Positions 1 to 8,243 of a DNA stretch of 63,392 bases are shown here, piece after piece; position 1 is the stretch's first letter; every line of letters begins with the position of its first letter. Position numbers and translations under genes: made by a program. The notes beneath the pieces are model-generated. The model was not told the DNA's origin and did not search any database. It saw only the letters and a program-made list of their open reading frames with translations. This DNA is from an uncultured Gammaproteobacteria bacterium (GTDB lineage: Bacteria; Patescibacteriota; Patescibacteriia; Patescibacteriales; XYC2-FULL-47-12). Where the stretch lies: contig CAYPRN010000001.1 in assembly GCA_964413295.1 (NCBI GenBank), positions 1-63,392 of the forward strand, in the 5' to 3' direction.

Positions 1-64
1 GTCGGATTCGAACCGACGACCAATTGGTTAACAGCCAACTGCGCTACCGCTGCGCCACCCGGGA
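1..64 (-). tRNA. tRNA-Asn (anticodon GTT); 3' acceptor strand cut off by the window edge
   Basis: Reverse complement folds as TCCCGGG/TG/GCGC-AGCGGTA-GCGC/A/GTTGG-CTGTTAA-CCAAT/TGGTC/GTCGG-TTCGAAT-CCGAC. The 7-nt loop has GTT at positions 34-36. Confidence 0.9.
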
Positions 65-310
65 ATTTATTAAATTTTTTATAAATTGTCTGCCTTGATA
101 TGATTTTAATTGTTTTTCTCTTTTAATTGCCTTTTGTCTATTCTCCGTTTCTTCTTCATATATTTTTTCCCATTTACCATCAAATCTTGATGTATAGCAA
201 TGTTTAAAGGTGTGATTATTATGCAACATTAATCTAGATGGTAAATTTGAAGTTTGACCTATATAGAATTTATTATGTTTTGAATTATAGACAGCATATA
301 CATAATACAT
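44..310 (-). CDS. GIY-YIG nuclease superfamily protein (small YhbQ/UPF0213-like)
   Basis: 88 aa with YYVYAVY...FYIGQT (GIY/YIG), a conserved Arg (PSRL) and Glu (REKQLK). The last codons and stop lie inside the tRNA-Asn gene. Confidence 0.8.
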   Translation of the reverse strand: MYYVYAVYNSKHNKFYIGQTSNLPSRLMLHNNHTFKHCYTSRFDGKWEKIYEEETENRQKAIKREKQLKSYQGRQFIKNLINSRVAQR

Positions 311-316
311 ATATTT

Positions 317-353
317 GCGCTACCTCCGCCGGCTGGCAGAGCGCCACCCGGGA
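317..353 (-). repeat. Duplicated 5' fragment of tRNA-Asn (acceptor 5' strand plus D-arm) with a 16-nt GC hairpin in the D-loop
   Basis: gcgctacc (317-324) and gcgccacccggga (341-353) are identical to 41-48 and 52-64. They are separated by tccgccggctggcaga instead of gct. Confidence 0.8.
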
Positions 354-670
354 TTCCCTCATCCTAACCTTCTCCCTGGGGGAGAAGGAATATTAATGAT
401 GAAATTTTTATAACAAAAAACAGTGGAAAATCCACTGATAATATAATAACGGATATTTTATAATAAGTCAACTTTAAGTTTTAGTTAGATTTTATTAGCG
501 ACGTAAAGCGAGAGCAAGGCAAAATCAAGCGGAGCGTAATTTTGCCTTGCCGAGCCGAGGAGCTAACATAGGGTAAATACCCCGCCAGCTTGCTGCGGAA
601 AAATATGAGCGGAGCGAACACCTTATGTGGGCGGAGCTTGCTCTGCGGTTTAATACCCTTTATTTGCATT

Positions 671-700
671 AAAAAAAGACAGTTTTACCTGTCTTTTTTT
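671..700. terminator. Bidirectional hairpin terminator downstream of csp
   Basis: aaaaaaagacag-tttta-cctgtcttttttt: a hairpin flanked by an A-run and a T-run. Confidence 0.7.
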
Positions 701-718
701 AGTAGTTATAAAAAAGTG

Positions 719-916
719 TTAAGCTTTTTTAACTTTTTCAGCTGCTTGACCCTTTGGAGTATCTACTACTTCAAATTCAACTTTATCGCCTTCTTGAAGA
801 GCGTTGAAATCAACACCTTCTAAGCTGTTGGCGTGGAAGAATAAATCATCCCCACCTTCTTCGCGAGCAATAAAACCAAAATTTTTGTCAGTTAGCCTTT
901 TGATTGTTCCTGTCAT
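719..916 (-). CDS. Cold-shock protein (CspA family)
   Basis: MTGTIKRLTDKNFGFIAREEGGDDLFFHANSL: RNP1/RNP2-like motifs (GFGFI-type and DLFFH). 65 aa counted from the internal ATG at 914-916. Confidence 0.9.
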   Translation of the reverse strand: MTGTIKRLTDKNFGFIAREEGGDDLFFHANSLEGVDFNALQEGDKVEFEVVDTPKGQAAEKVKKA

Positions 917-1268
917 GTTTTTTTTGATAGTTATATTAAAACGGATTCCTAACATAAATAGAAATCCGACCCTATTTCTATGTAGTGATATTAGTGTAAA
1001 CCCCTGCCTACCGGACAGGCAGGCTGTTAAATTCGCTTTGCGATTATTTAATGGGGCGTAAATCCTATCGTCAGTATAGCAAAAAGATTATTATTTGTCA
1101 ATAGTTAGTTTTAGGAGCTTATCTATCCCAAAAAATCGGGATTATTAACCTTATATTACACCAACGCCCCGCCCCGCCCCGTAATATTTTACGGGGTCAA
1201 TACCGTCTGGTAATGTGTATATAATATGGTGATTTTCCTATGTTTTTTGGGTATATTATCAAATTAGT

Positions 1269-1297
1269 TTGACAAAAATATAGCGTTATGCTATGCT
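1269..1297 (+). promoter_or_regulatory. Sigma70-like promoter
   Basis: TTGACA, 17 nt, TATGCT, upstream of the 1391 ORF. Confidence 0.5.
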
Positions 1298-1390
1298 TTT
1301 ATATTAGTTTGTTCTATAAAAATAAAACCCCGCCTCTTGAGAGAGGTGCAAGCTTACGGCAAGACGGGTAAAAAAGGAGGAATTGAAATA

Positions 1391-1789
1391 ATGAAAAAAA
1401 TTAGTTTTTCTGCCAAAAATTCACGTAGTTTTACTGGTGCTATAATCAATCTTGTTAGAACTCAAAAAAGCATGACTTTTTCCAGCAACGGAGTTGTTGG
1501 CGCCGGATCGAAATTCGGCAGAGTGCGGAAAGCTACAAGCAGGGACGCGCACATACTGACAACAAGGGAAGTGGAGGTTTCCTTAACTGAAAAAGGGCTT
1601 AGAATTTTTAGTCCCCTAAATAAGGGTTTCGGTTATGGAGATATAATTATTCCGTTTGGAATTGTTACATTCGCTTATAATTCTTTTTTTTGGAGAGATG
1701 ATTTTGGATTTTGGAGGCAAATGAGGTTTTCTAAGATTCCAGGCTGGGCGCTTAAGACCTCAAATGGTAGAAGGGAACCCGTAAGTTGA
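1391..1789 (+). CDS. Hypothetical protein
   Basis: ATG preceded by aaaaaggagg (SD). A terminator hairpin follows. No motif recognised. Confidence 0.55.
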   Translation: MKKISFSAKNSRSFTGAIINLVRTQKSMTFSSNGVVGAGSKFGRVRKATSRDAHILTTREVEVSLTEKGLRIFSPLNKGFGYGDIIIPFGIVTFAYNSFFWRDDFGFWRQMRFSKIPGWALKTSNGRREPVS

Positions 1790-1828
1790 CTTTCCGTTTT
1801 ATTATGGTTTTTTGTTTTCAATGGCAGT

Positions 1829-1866
1829 GTCCCTTTGGTTCTTTTGAATCGAAGGGACTTTTTTCT
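1829..1866 (+). terminator. Rho-independent terminator
   Basis: gtccctt...aagggac followed by tttttt. Confidence 0.7.
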
Positions 1867-1890
1867 ATAAATAAAAATTTGGAGGTTTTT

Positions 1891-1919
1891 TTGTATTTCA
1901 AAAACAAATATGCTATACT
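1891..1919 (+). promoter_or_regulatory. Sigma70-like promoter
   Basis: TTGTAT, 17 nt, TATACT. Confidence 0.5.
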
Positions 1920-1983
1920 AATAATCGTTGTTATATTTGTCCATAATTTAGTGACAAATAACTAATTTACTAATAAAATTTTT

Positions 1984-2172
1984 ATGACTTTTGACGATCA
2001 AACTACAACTCCGCCAGCTGACGTTCCAGCGGAGCCAACACCAGTTACTCCACCAGCAGATGCCCCGGCAGATGTTCCAGCTCCAACACCTCCGGCAGAA
2101 CCAGCTACTCCAGCTCCAACACCTCCGGCAGAACCAGTTACTCCTCCAGTAGAACCAACTCCAGCAGTTTAA
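1984..2172 (+). CDS. Pro/Thr/Ala-rich low-complexity small protein (62 aa)
   Basis: ORF with its own promoter-like and terminator signals. Contains an internal 33-nt tandem duplication (2077-2109 and 2110-2142). The SD is weak. Confidence 0.4.
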   Translation: MTFDDQTTTPPADVPAEPTPVTPPADAPADVPAPTPPAEPATPAPTPPAEPVTPPVEPTPAV

Positions 2173-2190
2173 TCTTGAATTTAAATTTTT

Positions 2191-2223
2191 AAAAAGCCAT
2201 CCTGCATTCAGGATGGCTTTTTC
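2191..2223. terminator. Bidirectional terminator shared with typA
   Basis: aaaaagccatcctg-cattc-aggatggcttttt. Confidence 0.75.
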
Positions 2224-2248
2224 TTTTTTTTAAATATTTTTTACTTAC

Positions 2249-4045
2249 TTATTTTTCTTTCTTCCTGCCTTTTTGCACTCTCTCCGCTTCAGTTAAAAGC
2301 ATTTTGCGCAAACGGATGCTTTTGGGGGTAATTTCTAAATATTCATCATCATTCATAATACCCATACCTCGTTCTAAAGTTATTGCCACAGGAGGAGTTA
2401 AGCGAATAGCGTCGTCTGAACCAGAAGCGCGCATATTAGTAAGCTGTTTGCCTTTAAGCGGATTAACCGCCATGTCATTTCCTTTGGTTACATTACCAAT
2501 TACTTGTCCTTCATATACTTCAAGATTAGCTTCAATATAGAGGGTGCCTCTTTCTTGTAAATTAAACAAAGCAAAACCAAGCGCTTTACCAGTTGCCATA
2601 GATACCATAGATCCTAATTCATTTTTAGCAATTTCTCCAACATAAGGTTTAAAGCCAATCACTCGAGCGTAGAGAATACCTTCACCGCGAGTATCTACCA
2701 CAAATTCATTGCGATAACCAAGTAGACCGCGAGTAGGCATTTCAAAAATAATTTTTACTCCACCATGTTCAGGTTTCATTTCTAACATATTACCCTTGCG
2801 TTTAGATAATTTTTCAATCACAGTGCCAGACATTTTTTCAGGCACATTGATAGTCACTTCTTCAAACGGCTCTACTTTTTGGCCGTCAATTTTTTTAATA
2901 ATTACCTGGGGTTGAGAAATTTGCAGTTCATAATTTTCTCGGCGCATATTTTCCAAAAGAATAGCAATATGCATTTCGCCTCGACCATAAACTTTGTAAT
3001 GATCAACCGACGAAAAATCAATTTTTAAACCCACATTAACTTCCAACTCTTTTTGCAATCGATCTTTTATCTGCCGATTAGTTACAAATTTTCCTTCTTT
3101 GCCGGCAAACGGGGAATTATTAACTAAAAAATTAAGAGAGATGGTTGGTTCATCAATATCAATTGCTGGTAATGTTTTTTGGTTAATGTCTTCGCAAATT
3201 GTTTCACCAATAAAAATATCAGGCAAGCCAGCAGTCATAATAATATCACCGGCGCTCGCCTGTTTAACTTCCTGACGCTTTAATCCTTCAAAAGTAAATA
3301 ACTTAGTGATTTTGCCAGTACGAGTTTCACCTTTATCATTTTTGATAATTACATTTTGACCAAGAGTAATTTTACCTTCATAGATTCTGCTAATTGCTAA
3401 TCGGCCTAAAAAATTATCATAGCCTAAATTAAAGGGCTGAATGCTTAGTTGTTTTTTGCCTGCCTCTTTGCTTGAAGCCACTGGCACTTGTTTTAAAATA
3501 GTATCTAACAACGGCGTTAAATCTTTAGATTTATCTTCCAGTTTAACTTTGGCTACGCCGGTTTTGGCAATCGCATAAATTACTTTAAAATCAAGTTGTT
3601 CATCATTGGCGCCTAAATCTAAAAATAGTTCATAAACTAATTCACGCGCATGTTCAGGATTGGCAGCCGGTTTATCAATTTTATTTATTACTACAATTGG
3701 TTTTAAGCCCAGTTCTAGAGATTTTTTTAAAACAAATTTTGTTTGAGGCATAGGACCTTCTTGGGCGTCTACTACTAATAACACTGAATCAATAGAACGT
3801 AGCACTCGTTCAACCTCTGATCCAAAGTCAGCATGACCCGGAGTATCCACGATATTAATCTTTGTTTTTTTGTAATTGATTGAGGTATTTTTGGAATAAA
3901 TTGTAATACCGCGTTCCAGTTCCAACGCGTTGGAATCCATACTTGATCCTTCGTCTGACATGCCAGTTTGACGCATCAAAGCATCGGTCAGAGTAGTCTT
4001 ACCGTGATCAACGTGAGCAATAATAGCGATATTTCTTATTTCCAT
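2249..4045 (-). CDS. typA: Translational GTPase TypA/BipA
   Basis: AIIAHVDHGKTTL (G1), DTPGHADF (G3), NKIDK (G4). 598 aa with EF-G-like architecture and a BipA C-terminus. Confidence 0.95.
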   Translation of the reverse strand: MEIRNIAIIAHVDHGKTTLTDALMRQTGMSDEGSSMDSNALELERGITIYSKNTSINYKKTKINIVDTPGHADFGSEVERVLRSIDSVLLVVDAQEGPMPQTKFVLKKSLELGLKPIVVINKIDKPAANPEHARELVYELFLDLGANDEQLDFKVIYAIAKTGVAKVKLEDKSKDLTPLLDTILKQVPVASSKEAGKKQLSIQPFNLGYDNFLGRLAISRIYEGKITLGQNVIIKNDKGETRTGKITKLFTFEGLKRQEVKQASAGDIIMTAGLPDIFIGETICEDINQKTLPAIDIDEPTISLNFLVNNSPFAGKEGKFVTNRQIKDRLQKELEVNVGLKIDFSSVDHYKVYGRGEMHIAILLENMRRENYELQISQPQVIIKKIDGQKVEPFEEVTINVPEKMSGTVIEKLSKRKGNMLEMKPEHGGVKIIFEMPTRGLLGYRNEFVVDTRGEGILYARVIGFKPYVGEIAKNELGSMVSMATGKALGFALFNLQERGTLYIEANLEVYEGQVIGNVTKGNDMAVNPLKGKQLTNMRASGSDDAIRLTPPVAITLERGMGIMNDDEYLEITPKSIRLRKMLLTEAERVQKGRKKEK

Positions 4046-4053
4046 GTAGTTAA

Positions 4054-4082
4054 GGTAGAGACGTAGCAGTGCTACGTCTGTA
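4054..4082. repeat. 29-nt palindrome, a variant of the 13041 and 45677 palindrome
   Basis: gtagagacgtagca-g-tgctacgtctgtac. The arm changes relative to the other copies are compensatory. Confidence 0.8.
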
Positions 4083-4293
4083 CAAATTAAAGATGAAAAA
4101 ACCGCTTTAATCCGCCTACGCTTATGCTACGGCGAGACAAAGAAAGCGGTTTTTTTAGAGTTTGTTTAAGTCTTAAATAAGTATAATATATAAATATAGA
4201 AAAGTCAAGAGTTAGCAGTAATTTTGCGATAACTCTTGACTTTTGCATTAAAAATGAGAAAATTGGTCTATTACATTCTGTTAATGTAACTTT

Positions 4294-4380
4294 GGGGGTG
4301 AATAGGTAACTAAATTACCGAAGTGCTTGGTTGCCTTCGGTGTCTTAGCTGTTGAGCCTATTTACCCCCCTTATTTTTTT
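4294..4380 (+). promoter_or_regulatory. Candidate structured leader or small RNA ending in a terminator-like U-tract
   Basis: The outer stem gggggtgaatagg/cctatttaccccc encloses the accgaag...cttcggt hairpin, followed by ttattttttt. A TTGACT box lies at 4236. Confidence 0.35.
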
Positions 4381-4538
4381 ATACGCCACGGGGCGTTTTT
4401 CCTTTTCCCTAAAAAATGTTATAATTAAAGATATAGACTCGCCTTCGTTCCAAATAATTTAGGACTATGGCGAGACAAGCCCGCTTCCGTCCGCCGATTC
4501 GGTGGACTATGGCGAAGCGAAGAAGGAGGTGAAACAAT

Positions 4539-4745
4539 ATGATACAACTTTGGGAAAAAGCATTAAAAAGCATGGACGTATTAGACATTGGCTTAATTAA
4601 GTTGGCTTCAGCTATTTTTGCGTTGTTCGTAATAACAATTTGGCCAGCCGCCATGATCTGGGTTAATTCAGTAAATCCTTGGTATTTTTTAGTAGCCTTT
4701 GTAATCGTAGCCGCCAGGCCAGTATATAGGGCTTATCTAAAATAA
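4539..4745 (+). CDS. Small membrane protein (2 predicted TM helices)
   Basis: Strong SD gaaggaggtg 7 nt upstream. Hydrophobic 68-aa product. Confidence 0.65.
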   Translation: MIQLWEKALKSMDVLDIGLIKLASAIFALFVITIWPAAMIWVNSVNPWYFLVAFVIVAARPVYRAYLK

Positions 4746-4808
4746 TGATTTATTTATTAATTTAACCCTCCCAACCCGCCGACTTGGCGGATGGGCGGGT
4801 AAGACTAT

Positions 4809-5189
4809 ATGGAACTATCAATCTTATTAGCAAAAGTGATGGGTCTTTTTATGATAATCTCCTATATTGCTGTTCTTGTTAACAGAAAGATGGTAAGTGG
4901 CGTAATTAAAGATCTTGCTAAACATATTAGCATAGGCGTGTTTGGCGGAGCTCTTGATTTAATCATCGGCCTACTAATTGTTCTTCAACATAATATTTGG
5001 AGCGTAGATTGGATTGGCCTAATTACTTTATTTGGTTGGCTGGCCTTAGCCGAAGGTATTGCTTTGCTTTTCTTTCCTAAGGTATATATTAAGTGGGTTG
5101 AAAAACTTAGTGATAATCTGATGAATGTTATGATATTTGTTGGATTGTTGATTGGTATTTATTTAGCTTATATGGGGTTTACAGTGTAG
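4809..5189 (+). CDS. Membrane protein, paralog of 5585-5953
   Basis: 126 aa with about 4 TM helices. Shares a pattern with 5585 ORF: ME(L/I)S..(A)K..G.F.I, LQHN(I/V)W..DW, (F/L)GW. Confidence 0.7.
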   Translation: MELSILLAKVMGLFMIISYIAVLVNRKMVSGVIKDLAKHISIGVFGGALDLIIGLLIVLQHNIWSVDWIGLITLFGWLALAEGIALLFFPKVYIKWVEKLSDNLMNVMIFVGLLIGIYLAYMGFTV

Positions 5190-5233
5190 AAAAATAGTTA
5201 GACTAGTTATTAGAAACTAGTTAAATTAAGTTT

Positions 5234-5575
5234 ATGAACACAAAAACCATTACAATTCTGCGCAATCTTGCCAGAAGTGTTTTAATTATTATTACTGCCT
5301 CCTTTTTTGTTTTTGCCCTGCTATCAGGAGCAGAACCTGGATTAGCGGGAATAATAAAAAACAGCCCGAACGCCTTGCCCTGGCTATTATTATTTATTTT
5401 AGTCGGAGTTGTTTGGCAATGGGAATTAATTGGCGGAATAATTATTTTGTTGTTAGGAGTTTTTAGTTTTTTCTTTTTTAACGCAGTTGAATCAATGGTG
5501 GTTTTGTTGCTAGCTCCTGTGCCATTAGTGATTTTAGGGATTATATTTATAATTAGTTCTAAATACAATAATTAA
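5234..5575 (+). CDS. Membrane protein
   Basis: 113 aa, hydrophobic, co-directional with its neighbours. The antisense ORF 5221-5568 is judged spurious. Confidence 0.6.
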   Translation: MNTKTITILRNLARSVLIIITASFFVFALLSGAEPGLAGIIKNSPNALPWLLLFILVGVVWQWELIGGIIILLLGVFSFFFFNAVESMVVLLLAPVPLVILGIIFIISSKYNN

Positions 5576-5584
5576 TTATATTTT

Positions 5585-5953
5585 ATGGAGATTTCATTAT
5601 TTTTCGCAAAACTTTGGGGTAGCTTTTTTATAATCTTCGGTCTGCTGTCTATTATCACAGGGCAATTAGGCAGAACTATAGAAATGACTGATGACAAGGC
5701 GTTTGTTATTTCTACCGGCTATATTACATTACTGATGGGATTGGTGACTGTTATTTTACACAATGTGTGGGTGACTGATTGGCAAGTTGCTATTACAATC
5801 TTAGGCTGGTCTACTTTTATTAAAGGAATTACTAAAGTTGGATTTCCAGAGCAGATACACAAACAAGCGCAAAGATTTAAGAAAAATCAATGGGTTAGCG
5901 CTATTATTTTGATTTTTTTAGGTGCTTGGTTGCTTTGGATGGGTTTTAGATAA
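5585..5953 (+). CDS. Membrane protein, paralog of 4809-5189
   Basis: 122 aa with the same TM pattern and conserved HN(V)W..DW motif. Confidence 0.7.
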   Translation: MEISLFFAKLWGSFFIIFGLLSIITGQLGRTIEMTDDKAFVISTGYITLLMGLVTVILHNVWVTDWQVAITILGWSTFIKGITKVGFPEQIHKQAQRFKKNQWVSAIILIFLGAWLLWMGFR

Positions 5954-5999
5954 TTTTTTATATTTACAATATAATATAAAAATTAATAACAAAAATTGT

Positions 6000-6863
6000 A
6001 TGATTTTGCCTTTTCCTTCTAGATTTTTTAAAAAGTTGGAAATATATCAACAAATTAGAAGCGGACAAGGGATCGCTAAATATAAATATCTTTGGCGTTA
6101 CGAATCCGCCTTTTTACAATATTCTTATGAAGAAGATCATCAACATTTAAATAGTTTTATAAATAGTCATAATTTTAAAAAATGGGTTCAAAAAATCATC
6201 CCTGATAAAGAAATTGTAGGTTTAAATCGAGTTATAGGAAATTTATTTTGGCGAGGTTTTATTGAAATACAAAAAAATGAATCAAAATCTGTTGTATCAG
6301 AGTTAATCACAAGAAATGATTTTGCTATTCCAAATGATTTTTTAGCTAACAATTATAGATTTCGGGTTACTCAACTAGGACATAACGTTGGAGAAGTTAT
6401 CTCTGAAGTAGAAAGTAAAAATTGGTTAATAGCTTATTTTAATAGATATAAATATTCAATAATTTTTGATTTATTTTGGCTGTTCGTTTTACTTGCCGCA
6501 TTTTCGTTATTTCATATTATAGATGACGTAATTGTAATTTTTAACGCTTATAGCTTTCTTTCTAGTCCTTTAATTAAAATAATTATAATGTTATTATTTG
6601 TATTTATTTTGTGGCCGTTATTACTTGCAATCTTAAGGTGGATTAAACGAAAAATTGAGAACTGCAAAAAGCACTATACAAGAAAAATTATGAATAAAAA
6701 AATAGCAAAAACAATTTGGGTAATTATTGTAGCTTTATTTCTTGCCTTGCAGGTTTATAATTACCAGCAAAGGAATTTTGATGATTTGACTATTACTATG
6801 CTGATAGTAATAATACCATTAGCAGTGATTGGCGGGTTTTATTTTTATAATAATAATAAATAA
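6000..6863 (+). CDS. Hypothetical membrane protein
   Basis: Internal ATG at 6000. N-terminal soluble part and C-terminal TM helices. No motif recognised. Confidence 0.55.
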   Translation: MILPFPSRFFKKLEIYQQIRSGQGIAKYKYLWRYESAFLQYSYEEDHQHLNSFINSHNFKKWVQKIIPDKEIVGLNRVIGNLFWRGFIEIQKNESKSVVSELITRNDFAIPNDFLANNYRFRVTQLGHNVGEVISEVESKNWLIAYFNRYKYSIIFDLFWLFVLLAAFSLFHIIDDVIVIFNAYSFLSSPLIKIIIMLLFVFILWPLLLAILRWIKRKIENCKKHYTRKIMNKKIAKTIWVIIVALFLALQVYNYQQRNFDDLTITMLIVIIPLAVIGGFYFYNNNK

Positions 6864-6876
6864 TTAACAAAAAAAT

Positions 6877-7263
6877 ATGAAAGGATATATTACAAACATT
6901 GAAAAAGAAACTTTGGAAAATAATAATTTTCGTAAAGTTTTATACACGGCCAAAAATAGCCAGTTAGTAGTTATGAGTATCGCGCCAGGCGACGATATTG
7001 GCAGTGAAGTGCATGAGTTAGACCAGTTTATCCGCATAGAGGCGGGAACTGCTAAAGCGGTTTTAGATGGGGTAGAGAGCAAATTACCAGCCGAACACGC
7101 AGTAATTATTCCAGCTGGAGTTGAACATAATATTATTAACACTGGAAATGAACCGTTAAAATTATATTCAATTTATTCTCCACCAGAACATAAGGACGGT
7201 ACAATTTATCCTACTAAAGATGATGAAAAAGAAGAGCATTTTGACGGGCAGACGACTGAATAA
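6877..7263 (+). CDS. Cupin-domain protein
   Basis: G.D.GSEVHE....IRIEAG and PAGVEHNIIN match the two cupin motifs. Confidence 0.75.
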   Translation: MKGYITNIEKETLENNNFRKVLYTAKNSQLVVMSIAPGDDIGSEVHELDQFIRIEAGTAKAVLDGVESKLPAEHAVIIPAGVEHNIINTGNEPLKLYSIYSPPEHKDGTIYPTKDDEKEEHFDGQTTE

Positions 7264-8243
7264 ATATTTAATAAATATTTATGATGTTAATTTCTTTGGC
7301 CATAATTGTGGCTTTAATAATTATAATTACTGTGATAATAGCTGTTATATCCGAGAAAAAGTAAATTTTAATATAAAAAATATCCCCTCCTAAGTACTTA
7401 GGAGAGAGTGTTTTTTTGTTTCTAATAGAGTGAAATTCATTTTGTGGTTATTGCCCGCAATAAATTAATTTTTTAAATATTTAGTGTATGATTAAAATAT
7501 AAAATATAAATAGGGAAAAAAGGTTGTATATTCTCCTGTCCGTCCGCTGACAGCATCGGTCGGGCAGGCATTCCCTGGGAAAATTTAACTATAAAGCAAC
7601 ATATGCAACTCACGCTATTCGGGTTGCTTTTTATATCTATATGACTAATAAAGAAAATTTTTTAATTGAGCATAACAAGCTTTCACCCGTGAATTTAAAG
7701 GCGACTTTGAATATTCTTACTGTTTTTAAGATAAAAAAGTCAACACTTTTTAAAAATAATGACTAGTCAATTGATAAAATTCGTCGGCTGTTTATTATGT
7801 GGCTTACTTCTATGACTAAAGCGCAAAAAGAAGAGATAAACAGCATGCCAAAATAAACAGGTTATCACCAACAACTTTTATTTTAAAAAAACCGCTCAGC
7901 ATGCGCCGGACGGTTTTTTCGTGCCACGAAGCTAAATGTAAAAATAAAAGTTTTCCTCCCCGCCCCCTCCCGAGGCGAGTAAACAAGGCGGACAAGTATC
8001 TACTAATTCCCCACGTAAATTAAAAGGTATTTTTCTATCTACGAAGCCTGACACGTATCACAGAAGATGATAGTATCCTCCTATGCCTCCATCCTATTGA
8101 AGTTTCGGATGGTAAGAAAGCTACGTAGGACAAGAATAAAATACTTTGTTATAAACGTAGAGTGTTTTTGTGTCCCGCTCGGCGGGTAAATATAATAAGG
8201 TACCTTGTATGAGAATAAGGTGCTTTTATGTTATAATAAACCC